From a virus, in IMG/VR virus record IMGVR_UViG_3300025849_000009: DNA of 64,000 nucleotides; one strand, 5' to 3'. The notes under the pieces are model-generated. The model did no database searches. It had not been told where the DNA came from and saw only the letters and a program-made list of their open reading frames with translations. Each line of letters opens with the position of its first letter. Position 1 is the first letter of the stretch. Positions 1 through 9,831 of this stretch are shown piece by piece. The translations under genes and the position numbers were made by a program.

Positions 1-111
1 AATTGTACCGTCAATATCAATTAAATAATTCTTAGCACCATTCTTTAAAACGGGTGATACTAAATGCCCATCATCTCCAACGATCTCGTTAAATGTAATC
101 TCTTTTTTCAT
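1..111 (-). CDS. HAD-superfamily phosphatase, 5' part only (runs off window start)
   Basis: Manual translation from ATG at 111: MKKEITFNEIVGDDGHLVSPVLKNGAKNYLIDIDGTI; DxDGT HAD motif I. Not in the ORF track. Confidence 0.6.
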   Translation of the reverse strand, partial: MKKEITFNEIVGDDGHLVSPVLKNGAKNYLIDIDGTI

Positions 112-126
112 ATTGTTTTTTATTAA

Positions 127-1458
127 TTATTTCTTTCTCATAAATGATACATTAATGTATCTTTTCCCACTGTGTATTGGTCTGGCACCATGTTTATGTG
201 TAATCATTCCTGGGTGAATGGTTGCAGTGCCCACTAATTTTGGATTTGATAATATTTTATATTTTGGAAACCATGTACCGCCTCCATCAAACTCATCGTT
301 TAATTTTACTACCATTGTAATATGACTAAAGTCGTGATGTAAACTTAAATGAGATTGTCTATCAGTAGTGTATCTTACCATAAAGTTTTCAGTATCCATA
401 TTGTCCCAACCTGCACCTTCTAATTCCCATAAATGTATACAAAGAGGAGAAACTATTTCTCTTACAACTCTATTATAAATATGATCTAATCCTATTTCTG
501 GTAATAAGACATCGTTTGTTGGATAAAATTCGTGTCTGTCTTTTGTCCATTTATCCATAACTTCTGCCAAACCTACGGCTTCTTTACAGAATTTTTCTGT
601 AAATAATGGAAACTCATAAATATTATTTCCTATATCATCTACCATTAAATCATATTCACCCTTAGATACCGTTTCGTTTACATATTTTGATTTCCATGAA
701 TCCCAATCACTATCATCTAATATTTCGAAATATGGTTGTGTTTTCAATAAATTAATATTCGCATCATATGGTTCTGTCATAGATTGTTCATGCGGTCTAT
801 TTTGTTCTATCCAATTATCAACTGGAGCTATCGCTTTAAGTTTTGGTGGAAACAGTATATTAATATCTTGTCTTCTATGCTCTGTATATGTTGCTGTTAA
901 GAATTCGTCGGGTGCAATTAGATTTTGTTTAAAGTTATAATCATTGACTAGTATTTTTGCAGTGTCTCTTTTAATTACATACGCGTGTGTATTATAACTA
1001 CTAAGAGCTGTTACCCATTTATTACTTGCATCAATTCTTTTTTCATCCTTAGAACATATAGCATTTCTACCTAAAAATGCAATATCCCATTCTGTATTTG
1101 GAATAACTGGATTTGTAAGCGGAGCTACTGAAACAAAATCATCTTCTAATATTAATGCACAATTGACATTGTTTTCTATTATATTGTTCCATATACTTAA
1201 GTGGCTAATTGCACAACCTGCTTCTCCACCAGTAACATCTCTTTTCCACCAATCATTCCATGAATCAGATCCTAAATTCCATAAATCATATACACTATGT
1301 CCATCTAATAAATTACCTGAAGTTCCATCAAAACCTTGAACTATTTCCCATTCTACAGAATATGGCATACCAAGTTGATCTACCCTGGTGGCAATGTTTC
1401 TCTGAATACTTGGATCTCCGGCATTCAAACTTATAATATAAATTTTATCTATTTTCAT
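127..1458 (-). CDS. GT25 glycosyltransferase fused to PLOD-type lysyl-hydroxylase 2OG-Fe(II) dioxygenase
   Basis: N-half IYIISL...GEAGCAISH...ALILEDD...HAYVI...DEFL (GT25). C-half FPLFTEKFC...PTNDV...NFMVRY...HHDFS...GGGTWF...HPGMITHKHG...RYINVSF matches the PLOD catalytic domain (HxD...H, Arg). Start at 1458 gives an ATGA overlap with the upstream stop. Confidence 0.85.
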   Translation of the reverse strand: MKIDKIYIISLNAGDPSIQRNIATRVDQLGMPYSVEWEIVQGFDGTSGNLLDGHSVYDLWNLGSDSWNDWWKRDVTGGEAGCAISHLSIWNNIIENNVNCALILEDDFVSVAPLTNPVIPNTEWDIAFLGRNAICSKDEKRIDASNKWVTALSSYNTHAYVIKRDTAKILVNDYNFKQNLIAPDEFLTATYTEHRRQDINILFPPKLKAIAPVDNWIEQNRPHEQSMTEPYDANINLLKTQPYFEILDDSDWDSWKSKYVNETVSKGEYDLMVDDIGNNIYEFPLFTEKFCKEAVGLAEVMDKWTKDRHEFYPTNDVLLPEIGLDHIYNRVVREIVSPLCIHLWELEGAGWDNMDTENFMVRYTTDRQSHLSLHHDFSHITMVVKLNDEFDGGGTWFPKYKILSNPKLVGTATIHPGMITHKHGARPIHSGKRYINVSFMRKK

Positions 1459-2474
1459 ATAGATTCTAATATGTTTTTCCAATCATATGATCTGGCATTC
1501 CATGTTTGTTGTTTAGACCATTTATAAGCATCATTAATTGATTTATCTTTAAGTCCACTACTTAGTGTACCTAGTATTTGTATAACCTGATTCCAATTTG
1601 TTTCATTTCTTTCTAAGATAACTCCACTATTTACAGTCTCTTTTAATGCTGCTACCGTGGTAACAATAGGTAATACTTTGGCATATTGCATTTCAAGCGC
1701 AGTAATACAATATGTTTCTTCATAATCAGTTACATAGCACCAATATTCTGCACGTAACATTGCAGCGTGTAATGTTTCTTGATCTACTGTACCATGACAC
1801 GTAACTTCTTCAAACTTATTAAATGAATAGTCAGTATGATTTGCTATAGAATAGCCTGGAGAATATATGTCTAATGTTGCATGTGGCATTATATCTTTTA
1901 TCTTTGGCCAGTTTTTTAATAATTCTAATAAGCCACGTTCAGGTGCAGAACTATATATGAATTTACCTTTTATTTTTTCAGGAGTACCATTAAATGTCGA
2001 AGGATCAATGGCATTACCAATCACTGAGATTTTATTTAAAGGTATATTATATGTGTGTGCCCAATGATTCTTATGCCAGTTAGTCAAACAAATTGTATGA
2101 TCAACTTGTTGTGTTAAAATGTTTGCGTCTCCTAACACTTTATGATTCCACCATGGGTGATGATGTGTATTATGTGCCCAAAATACTTTCTTTGCTGAAT
2201 ACCCTTCAAACTCTTTTAGAAAATGGATATAACTTGCAGATATAATATAATCAAACTGATCAAAATATTTTTCATGAACAGTATGTGTTGATATCCATTC
2301 TACACCATCAATTAAACCAGAATCTTTTACTTCACCAGAAACCACAACCTTATAACCAAATTTAACTATCTCTTTAGCTATATTAATTATAGCAATTTCA
2401 GTTCCTGCTAATCCAATACTGGTATTGCTATCAAATTTGTTTTTTTGATAACCCGCATAAAATAATATTCTCAT
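1455..2474 (-). CDS. GT4-like (GT-B) glycosyltransferase
   Basis: GLAGTE N-terminal loop, YSSAPERGL, ETYCITALE (E-x7-E) motif. Confidence 0.8.
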   Translation of the reverse strand: MRILFYAGYQKNKFDSNTSIGLAGTEIAIINIAKEIVKFGYKVVVSGEVKDSGLIDGVEWISTHTVHEKYFDQFDYIISASYIHFLKEFEGYSAKKVFWAHNTHHHPWWNHKVLGDANILTQQVDHTICLTNWHKNHWAHTYNIPLNKISVIGNAIDPSTFNGTPEKIKGKFIYSSAPERGLLELLKNWPKIKDIMPHATLDIYSPGYSIANHTDYSFNKFEEVTCHGTVDQETLHAAMLRAEYWCYVTDYEETYCITALEMQYAKVLPIVTTVAALKETVNSGVILERNETNWNQVIQILGTLSSGLKDKSINDAYKWSKQQTWNARSYDWKNILESI

Positions 2475-2485
2475 TATAATCTAGC

Positions 2486-2512
2486 AAAAAAAACCCACAC
2501 GAATGTAGGTTT
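2486..2512 (-). terminator. Rho-independent terminator
   Basis: Minus strand ACCTACA-TTCG-TGTGGGT followed by a T run. Confidence 0.7.
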
Positions 2513-2522
2513 AATTTATAAT

Positions 2523-3434
2523 TTAGTTCTTATTTCTTTTAACTTTAGGTGGAGCGTCTATAAACCAACCCTTATAATATTCTCTTTTTTCATAGATATA
2601 ATTCATGTAATCATCCACTTTGCCCTTCCAATCTTCATCAATTGCTGGATTTATAATTCCAGATTTGTAACTAGAAAAAACCTGATTAATCCATTCTGCA
2701 CCGCTTTCTTTATTATCATAAAGACTAGAGTTTATAGTATAAAAAGATCCTCTGCTTATATTATTCCACACATCCATTGGATAAACTTCTTTTTCAAGAA
2801 CAACAGAATATAATGCACTTTCACTAATGTGTGTACTATATACTGTTTTAGCTTTTTGTAAAAAGTAATAAAGATCTATGTCTCTTGGTAAAATAGATTC
2901 TTCACCAAATAAATCTTTAATTTCACCTATAACTGCATGTGTAGTAATAGGATGTGGTTTAAAATAAACATCACCTTTATGTTTCTCAGCAACTTCAATT
3001 AATTTATTTAAACAACAATTTTCTTTAAGCTTATTTGAACCTGGTAAAATAACCAAAGTGCTTTTATCTTCATATCTGTCGAAATCTTTCTTGCGATTTT
3101 GATATTTATTAGCTTGATCTTTTTCGATATTTTCTTTAAAGTAAGATACCCAATCATAGACGTGTTCGACATCATGTACTAAAGCATCAGCAATTTGTTC
3201 TCTTCTCATTTTGAGATTTAGTGGTTGCATTAAAAAACAAGTAGCATATTCTGTATATCCCATTGTTTTAAAGTACGGCATTTCTTCTGCTATAACATCA
3301 TAACTGTGTTCTAATCCAAGTTCTCTACATTTTCTTAAAACATATCGTTCCACTTGTTCGAGTGGTTCTAGTTTTGTATTTTTCTTTAGAGGCCCAATTC
3401 TTTCATTTAGCACCTTTTTGTTAAACATTTCCAT
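2523..3434 (-). CDS. Putative CMP-sugar-dependent GT-B glycosyltransferase (KpsS/KpsC/sialyltransferase-like)
   Basis: VYFKPHP (HP motif) followed by ISESALYSVVLEKEV, resembling the S-T-x-x-x-E-A-x-x-x-G-K-x-V segment of capsule-synthesis GT-B enzymes. Confidence 0.5.
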   Translation of the reverse strand: MEMFNKKVLNERIGPLKKNTKLEPLEQVERYVLRKCRELGLEHSYDVIAEEMPYFKTMGYTEYATCFLMQPLNLKMRREQIADALVHDVEHVYDWVSYFKENIEKDQANKYQNRKKDFDRYEDKSTLVILPGSNKLKENCCLNKLIEVAEKHKGDVYFKPHPITTHAVIGEIKDLFGEESILPRDIDLYYFLQKAKTVYSTHISESALYSVVLEKEVYPMDVWNNISRGSFYTINSSLYDNKESGAEWINQVFSSYKSGIINPAIDEDWKGKVDDYMNYIYEKREYYKGWFIDAPPKVKRNKN

Positions 3435-3509
3435 ATATAAAAAGTAATTTAATAGTTATACACAATAACATGTGTTTGTTTAATTATTTATCTCATTTAT
3501 TTTTAGAGC

Positions 3510-3539
3510 AAAAAAAAAGCATACCTAAGTATGCTTTTT
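3510..3539 (-). terminator. Rho-independent terminator
   Basis: AAAAGCATAC-CTAA-GTATGCTTTT inverted repeat with A9 tract (T9 on minus strand) downstream of the 940-aa gene. Confidence 0.7.
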
Positions 3540-3557
3540 AAATTAATTGAGTTATTT

Positions 3558-6380
3558 CTAGTTACCATTATAACTGTTTACTCTCCATTGTCTATTTGTA
3601 TTATAAACATCTAGTGGTTCGTTAGTTGAATACCAAGTTTCTTGTACTTCGTAATCTGTACTCCACGTTGTAGTAATAGCACTTGTTGTAGATCTCGTTG
3701 TGTTCCACGTTGTTGTTGTGTTCCATGTGGTATTCCACGAAGTAGTAACACTATAGATAGTTGACCATATAGTCGTTGTCGATTTAGATGTCGCTGCATT
3801 TGTATTAAATGTAGTCGTAGTTGATCTAGTCGTATTAAATGTGGTCGTAGTCGAGTGGCTTGTATTAAATGTAGTCGTAGTCGTTTTAGACGTTGTTTGA
3901 GACGTATTAAATGTTGTCACCCATGATGTAGTCCATGAAGTTGTCGTTGACTGATTAGTATTAAACGTTGTCAACCAAGTTGTATTAAATGTAGTTATAG
4001 TTGACTTACTAGTTTGATATTGTGTAGTCCACGATGTTGTACGTGTATAGTTTGTAATTCTACTAGTTTCCCAAGTTGTTGTCCATGCAGTTGTCGTCGC
4101 ATGTTCTGTTCCCCTATTAGTTCCTCTGGATGTACTCCATATAGTTACTGTCGAATGAGACGTTCCATGATTCGTAGACTGGGACGTATTAAACGTAGTC
4201 GTAGTTGAATGCTCTGTTGACCTAGTTGTATTCCATGAAGTAGTCCATGAAGTATTGAACGTAGTTACTGTAGATTTACTTGTTGACCATGTTGTTGTAA
4301 ACGTAGTCGTTGTTGAATGTTCTGTTCCTCTAGTCGTGTTCCATGAAGTTGTCCATGATGTATTGTAAACTGTAGTCGTTGCTCTAGTCGTATTCCATGA
4401 TGTGTTAAAAACTGTAGTAGTCACATGCTCTGTTCCTCTAGTCGTGTTCCATGAAGTTGTCCATGAGGTAGTATAACTCGTCGTCGTAGCTCTACTAGTT
4501 GACCATGTTGTATTAAATGTAGTTGTTGTAGATTTAGTCGTTGACTGATTAGTATTAAACGTCGTTGTCCATGAGGTAGTATAACTCGTCGTCGTAGCTC
4601 TACTAGTTGACCACGTTGTATTAAATGTAGTTGTTGTAGATTTAGTCGTTGACTGATTAGTATTAAACGTTGTCACCCACGAAGTAGTCCACGAAGTTAA
4701 CGTTGTTTTAGTTGTGTTCCATGTTGTGTTATAAACCGTAGTAGTTGACCTAGAAGTTGACTGATTTGTATTAAAAGTAGTAGTCGTTGTTCTAGAAGTA
4801 GATCTCTTTGTATTTCGCGATGTTATCCAAGTAGTATTAAATGTTGTCGTAGTCGATTTGCTAGTTGACCACGCTGTATTGTAAACTGTTGTTGTGGTTT
4901 TATTCGTGCCTCTGGTTGTGTTCCATGAGGTAGTCCACGAAGTAGTCCACGAAGTTAGCGTTGATTTAGTTGTGTTCCATGATGTGTTATAAACCGTAGT
5001 AGTTGACCTAGAAGTTGACTGACTTGTATTAAATGTTGTCGTAGTCGATTTACTAGTTGATCTAGTTGTATTTCTTGATGTTGACCAGGTTGTCGTAAAT
5101 GTTGTCGTAGTCGATTTACTTGTTGACTGGCTTGTATTAAAAGTTGTAGTTGTAGATTTATTAGTTCCTCTACTAGTTCCTCTTACGGTGTTCCATGAAG
5201 TTGTCCATGTAGTTACAGTGGATTTGCTAGTTGACTGACTTGTATTAAAAGTTGTCGTTGTTGCTCTAGTTGTGTTCCATGTCGTTGTAGTAGATTTACT
5301 AGTTGACCATGTTGTAGTCCAATTAGTTGTAGTAGATTTACTAGTTATAAACGTCGTTGTAGTAGATTTACTAGTTGCAAATGTAGTAGTAGTTGAATGT
5401 TCCGTTGATCTACTAGTTATAAATGTTGTTGTAGTAGATTTAGACGTATTAAACGTAGTCGTTGTCGATTTACTAGTTGCCCATGTAGTCGTGGTTGCAC
5501 GCGTTGTATTCCTATGAGTTGCAAATGTAGTTGTAGTAGATTTAGACGTATTAAACGTAGTCGTTGTTGATTTACTAGTTGCCCACGTAGTCGTGGTTGC
5601 ACGCTCCGTTGACTGACTTGTACTAAATGTAGTCGTTGTTGATTTACTAGTTGCCCATGTAGTCGTGGTTGCACGCGTTGTATTCCAAGATGTATTATAT
5701 ACAGTCGTTGTTGTTTTAGTTGTGTTCCACGTCGTTGTAGTTGCGCGTGATGTATTCCATGTAGTCGTGGTTGCACGCTCCGTTGACTGACTTGTACTAA
5801 ATGTGGTCGTGGTTGCACGTGTTGTATTAAATGTTGTTGTGGTTGCACGTGTTGTATTCCACGAAGTAGTCCACGAAGTTAGCGTTGATTTAGTTGTATT
5901 GAACGTCGTCGTCGTAGCTCTAGTTGTATTCCAAGATGTATTGTATACGGTCGTGGTTGCACGCGTTGTGTTATACGTAGTCGTGGTTGCACGTGTTGTA
6001 TTAAATGTTGTTGTTGTCGCCCTAGATGTAGATTGACTTGTATTCCACGACGTCGTAGTCGCCTTAGACGTATTCCACGTCGTCGTAGTCGCCCTAGACG
6101 TATTCCACGTCGTCGTAGTCGTCTTAGATGTACTCTTACTTGTATTATATGTCGTCGTCGTATTTTTATCTGTGAACCATGACGTCGTAACTTTAGTTGA
6201 CCACCCCGTTGAAGTAGATTTATCTGTAAGTACATTCCAATAGGTAGTTTTTGCCGTATTCCTAGAAGTTGCCCTATTATATGACGTGTATAATGAAGTT
6301 GTTCGAGAATAACTAGTCGTCTTCAACGTGCTCCTAGATCCGGCGGTTAACCAAGTAGTATTAAAAAAAGTAGTAGGCAT
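3558..6380 (-). CDS. Thr/Ser/Trp-rich periodic repeat protein (putative fibre/mucin-like), 940 aa
   Basis: Almost entirely TTTT[WF]NT[ST][RK][SA] 10-mers with 4-residue inserts; long open frame with its own upstream motif and terminator. Confidence 0.8.
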   Translation of the reverse strand: MPTTFFNTTWLTAGSRSTLKTTSYSRTTSLYTSYNRATSRNTAKTTYWNVLTDKSTSTGWSTKVTTSWFTDKNTTTTYNTSKSTSKTTTTTWNTSRATTTTWNTSKATTTSWNTSQSTSRATTTTFNTTRATTTTYNTTRATTTVYNTSWNTTRATTTTFNTTKSTLTSWTTSWNTTRATTTTFNTTRATTTTFSTSQSTERATTTTWNTSRATTTTWNTTKTTTTVYNTSWNTTRATTTTWATSKSTTTTFSTSQSTERATTTTWATSKSTTTTFNTSKSTTTTFATHRNTTRATTTTWATSKSTTTTFNTSKSTTTTFITSRSTEHSTTTTFATSKSTTTTFITSKSTTTNWTTTWSTSKSTTTTWNTTRATTTTFNTSQSTSKSTVTTWTTSWNTVRGTSRGTNKSTTTTFNTSQSTSKSTTTTFTTTWSTSRNTTRSTSKSTTTTFNTSQSTSRSTTTVYNTSWNTTKSTLTSWTTSWTTSWNTTRGTNKTTTTVYNTAWSTSKSTTTTFNTTWITSRNTKRSTSRTTTTTFNTNQSTSRSTTTVYNTTWNTTKTTLTSWTTSWVTTFNTNQSTTKSTTTTFNTTWSTSRATTTSYTTSWTTTFNTNQSTTKSTTTTFNTTWSTSRATTTSYTTSWTTSWNTTRGTEHVTTTVFNTSWNTTRATTTVYNTSWTTSWNTTRGTEHSTTTTFTTTWSTSKSTVTTFNTSWTTSWNTTRSTEHSTTTTFNTSQSTNHGTSHSTVTIWSTSRGTNRGTEHATTTAWTTTWETSRITNYTRTTSWTTQYQTSKSTITTFNTTWLTTFNTNQSTTTSWTTSWVTTFNTSQTTSKTTTTTFNTSHSTTTTFNTTRSTTTTFNTNAATSKSTTTIWSTIYSVTTSWNTTWNTTTTWNTTRSTTSAITTTWSTDYEVQETWYSTNEPLDVYNTNRQWRVNSYNGN

Positions 6381-6455
6381 TCTCTATCTCTGTTGTTTTT
6401 TTATATATTTAAATTCTTTAATCATTTTATTTCTTAAAAAGTCTCTTAGTACTAC

Positions 6456-9400
6456 TTACCAAGCACAATCACGCTCAGAATAACATATAGAACGAAAATC
6501 GCAATAATCTTCTGGACTACACAGTTGTTCTTTGTTATTATGTGTTAAAATTCCATTTGCAAAGAATGTATCATTAGGTTCTACATCTAATTTATAAACA
6601 GTATATTGATTAACTTCATCTATTTCTAAAGATTCTATCAGAAATTCTCCATAATCCATTTTAAACATAACATCACCAATCTCTAGGTGCTCCGCTAGTT
6701 TTGCTTGCCACATACCATCTCTTTTTATAATATGTATATGTGCCATGGTAGTTCTTAATTGGTCATTATTTATGCTAACTGTTCCTATAACGTCTGCTCT
6801 CCAAATACCGGAAACATTATGTTCATTAGATAATGTATTTGTGTATACTTCTTCTTCCCTAATTGTTGGTAATACAGTCATGTCATCTGTATTAAATGCT
6901 CCATCCATAGTTAAAATACTCTGGCCATGCACTAACGTTTCAACTGGTCTTTGTATTCCTTCAGCAATATGTACTAGTGTTCCTTCAACTATACATTCCT
7001 CTATTGTGCTTCTAGATGTTCCACGAGATGTGTTGACATACAATGCTGTATTGTAACTTGTGATATATGAAACTGATGTATTCCAGGAAGTTATTTGCCC
7101 TGCACCACCACCTGAACTATTATCTGCAGGAACTAAAGTAATCCATGTTGTTGTTTTAGTTGTTGATCTAGAATATCCTGTAGAAACCTTTGTAATAGTT
7201 GACTTACTTGTATTTCTGTCAGTTACCCTAGAAGTTGCAAACCTAGTATTAGTAGATTTACTAGTTGCAAAAGTGGTCGTGTACGTCGTTGTCGTCGATC
7301 TACTAGTTGCAAATGTCGTTGTCGTCGATCTACTAGTTGCAAATGTTGTTGTTGTATTTCTACTAGTGATCCAGTAAGTTGTCCATGCAGTTGTCGTCGA
7401 TTTACTAGTTGACCAAGTTGTTGTTGTCGATCTACTAGTTGCAAATGTCGTTGTCGTCGTATGCTCTGTGCTTCTACTAGTACTAAATGTAGTCGTTGTA
7501 GATCTACTAGTTGCAAATGTTGTTGTTGTATTTCTACTAGTTCCTCGAGTCGTACCAAAAGTGGTCGTTGTTGATTTAGTTGTGTTGAACGTCGTCGTTG
7601 TTGACCTAGTTGTATTCCAAGATGTATTGTATACAGTCGTGGTTGCACGCGTTGTGTTCCAATTAGTTGTAGTAGATTTACTAGTAGCAAATGTTGTTGT
7701 GGTAGAATGCTCTGTGCCTCTACTAGTACTAAATGTAGTCGTTGTTGATTTAGTTGTGTTCCACGTCGTCGTCGTAGCTCTAGTTGTATTCCAAGATGTA
7801 TTGAACACTGTAGTTGTAGACTGACTTGTATTCCATGTAGTCGTTGTTGATCTAGTTGTATTGTATACGGTCGTTGTTGATCTAGTTGTATTCCATGTTG
7901 TTTTAAATGTAGTCGTTGTAGACTGACTTGTATTCCATGTAGTCGTTGTTGATCTAGTTGTATTATATACGGTCGTTGTTGATTTAGTTGTATTCCAAGA
8001 TGTATTGTATACAGTCGTTGTTGCTCTAGTTGTGTTCCACGTCGTCGTTGTTGATCTAGTTGTGTTCCATCGTGTTGTTGTTGACTTACTAGTAGACTGA
8101 TTTGTGTTAAATGTTGTTGTCGTCGATTTACTAGTAGCAAATGTTGTTGTGGTAGATTTACTAGTTGACCATGTTGTATTAAACGTAGTCGTTGTGTTTT
8201 TGGACGTTGATTTGGAAGTCAACACAGTTGTGTTCCATGAAGTTGTCCATGAAGTTGTAGTAGCTCTACTAGTTGACCACGTTGTATTAAATGTAGTTGT
8301 TGTAGATTTAGTCGTTGACTGACTTGTATTAAAGGTTGTACCAAATGTGGTTGTCCATGTAGTTGTCGTCGATTTACTAGTTGACCATGTTGTATTAAAC
8401 GTAGTTGTTGTCGCATGCTCTGTGCTTCTACTAGTTACAAATGTTGTTGTTGTATTTCTACTAGTTGCTCTATTAGTTCCTCGACTTGTTACCCAAGTAG
8501 TTGTCCATGCAGTTGTTGTGGTGTGCGAAGTTGATTGACTAGTATTAAACGTAGTTGTTGTAGAACGATTCGTTGATCTAGTTGTATTCCATGAAGTAGT
8601 CCAAGCTGTGTCAAAAGTAGTAGTTGTAGATTTACTTGTTGACCATGTTGTTGTAAACGTAGTCGTTGTCGAATGTTCTGTTCCTCTACTTGTTACCCAT
8701 GTTGTTGTGGTATTTTTACTAGTCGCCTTAGACGTTGATTTACTAGTAGACCAAGTTGTTGTCCATGTAGTTACTGTAGATTTACTTGTTGACTGACTTG
8801 TATTAAAAGTCGTTGTCGTAGATTTAGTAGTTGACCTAGAAGTTGACTTACTAGTTGACCAAGTTGTCGTAAATGTTGTTGTTGTTGATTTACTTGTTGA
8901 CTGACTTGTATTAAAAGTTGTAGTTGTCGATTTACTAGTTACTTTACTTGTTGTTTGACTAGTGATCCAAGTTGTATTATATGTCGTTGTTGTCGAACGA
9001 GATGTTGATTGACTAGTACTAAACCTGGTCGTTGTTGAATGTTCAGTGCTTCTAGAAGTTATCTGAGATGTAATCCAAGTTGTATTATATGTAGTCGTTG
9101 TTGATCTAGATGTCGACTGATTTGTGTTAAATGTTGTTGTAGTACTACGATTAGTAGATCTTGTTGTCGTTTGACTAGTGATCCACGTTGTATTATACAC
9201 TGTTGTTGTAGATCTATTAGTTGACCATGACGTTGTATATGTCGTAATATAAGAAGTTGTCGTTGATTTACTTGTATTCCAAGAAGTTGTCCAATATGTA
9301 GTGTATGATGTAGTTGTACTTCTAGATGTGGATTGACTTGTGTTCCAGGTTGTTTCAACAGGATACAATGTGGATTGACTAGTTGTCCAACTAGTTGTCC

Positions 9401-9806
9401 ATGTAGTAGTTGTAGCCCTCTCAGTTGATTGTGACGTGTTTTTAGAAGTCGACCATGTTGTTGTTGTAGTTCTATCAGTTTCTAAAGATGTTTCTCTAGA
9501 AGTGCTCCATGATGTAGTCCACGATGTTGTCGTTGATCTAGAAGTTGCATATACAGTATTAGTACTACGAGATGTATTGAAAGTTGTTGTTGTCGATTTA
9601 CTAGTTGCCCATGTAGTGATCCATGTTGTCACCGTGGATTGACTAGTATTTCGTACTTTGTTAGTAGTTCTCGAAGTATTTCTATTTTCAGATGTAGTTT
9701 TGGAAGTAGCCCAAGTAGTATTCTTAGCTACGAGTGTACCCTTAGATGTATTCTGTGCACTTCCGGTACTCCAAAAGTCGATTCTTGAAAATCCTATATT
9801 CTTCAT
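6456..9806 (-). CDS. Thr-rich periodic repeat protein with C-terminal Hint (intein-like) domain and Cys-rich tail, 1116 aa
   Basis: Same repeats as the neighbouring gene; Hint from CIVEGT (6995) through TxxH to VYKLDV...FFANGILTHN (6537), then a 26-aa tail with 4 Cys. Confidence 0.85.
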   Translation of the reverse strand: MKNIGFSRIDFWSTGSAQNTSKGTLVAKNTTWATSKTTSENRNTSRTTNKVRNTSQSTVTTWITTWATSKSTTTTFNTSRSTNTVYATSRSTTTSWTTSWSTSRETSLETDRTTTTTWSTSKNTSQSTERATTTTWTTSWTTSQSTLYPVETTWNTSQSTSRSTTTSYTTYWTTSWNTSKSTTTSYITTYTTSWSTNRSTTTVYNTTWITSQTTTRSTNRSTTTTFNTNQSTSRSTTTTYNTTWITSQITSRSTEHSTTTRFSTSQSTSRSTTTTYNTTWITSQTTSKVTSKSTTTTFNTSQSTSKSTTTTFTTTWSTSKSTSRSTTKSTTTTFNTSQSTSKSTVTTWTTTWSTSKSTSKATSKNTTTTWVTSRGTEHSTTTTFTTTWSTSKSTTTTFDTAWTTSWNTTRSTNRSTTTTFNTSQSTSHTTTTAWTTTWVTSRGTNRATSRNTTTTFVTSRSTEHATTTTFNTTWSTSKSTTTTWTTTFGTTFNTSQSTTKSTTTTFNTTWSTSRATTTSWTTSWNTTVLTSKSTSKNTTTTFNTTWSTSKSTTTTFATSKSTTTTFNTNQSTSKSTTTRWNTTRSTTTTWNTTRATTTVYNTSWNTTKSTTTVYNTTRSTTTTWNTSQSTTTTFKTTWNTTRSTTTVYNTTRSTTTTWNTSQSTTTVFNTSWNTTRATTTTWNTTKSTTTTFSTSRGTEHSTTTTFATSKSTTTNWNTTRATTTVYNTSWNTTRSTTTTFNTTKSTTTTFGTTRGTSRNTTTTFATSRSTTTTFSTSRSTEHTTTTTFATSRSTTTTWSTSKSTTTAWTTYWITSRNTTTTFATSRSTTTTFATSRSTTTTYTTTFATSKSTNTRFATSRVTDRNTSKSTITKVSTGYSRSTTKTTTWITLVPADNSSGGGAGQITSWNTSVSYITSYNTALYVNTSRGTSRSTIEECIVEGTLVHIAEGIQRPVETLVHGQSILTMDGAFNTDDMTVLPTIREEEVYTNTLSNEHNVSGIWRADVIGTVSINNDQLRTTMAHIHIIKRDGMWQAKLAEHLEIGDVMFKMDYGEFLIESLEIDEVNQYTVYKLDVEPNDTFFANGILTHNNKEQLCSPEDYCDFRSICYSERDCAW

Positions 9807-9831
9807 ATTGTTCCTCTAATTTATTCTATTA

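Noticed and set aside
6537-6995. Classical mobile intein (here and at 43607..44062)
   Set aside because: No homing endonuclease, +1 residue is Asn or Arg, and the position is C-terminal; fits BIL-type Hint rather than a splicing intein.
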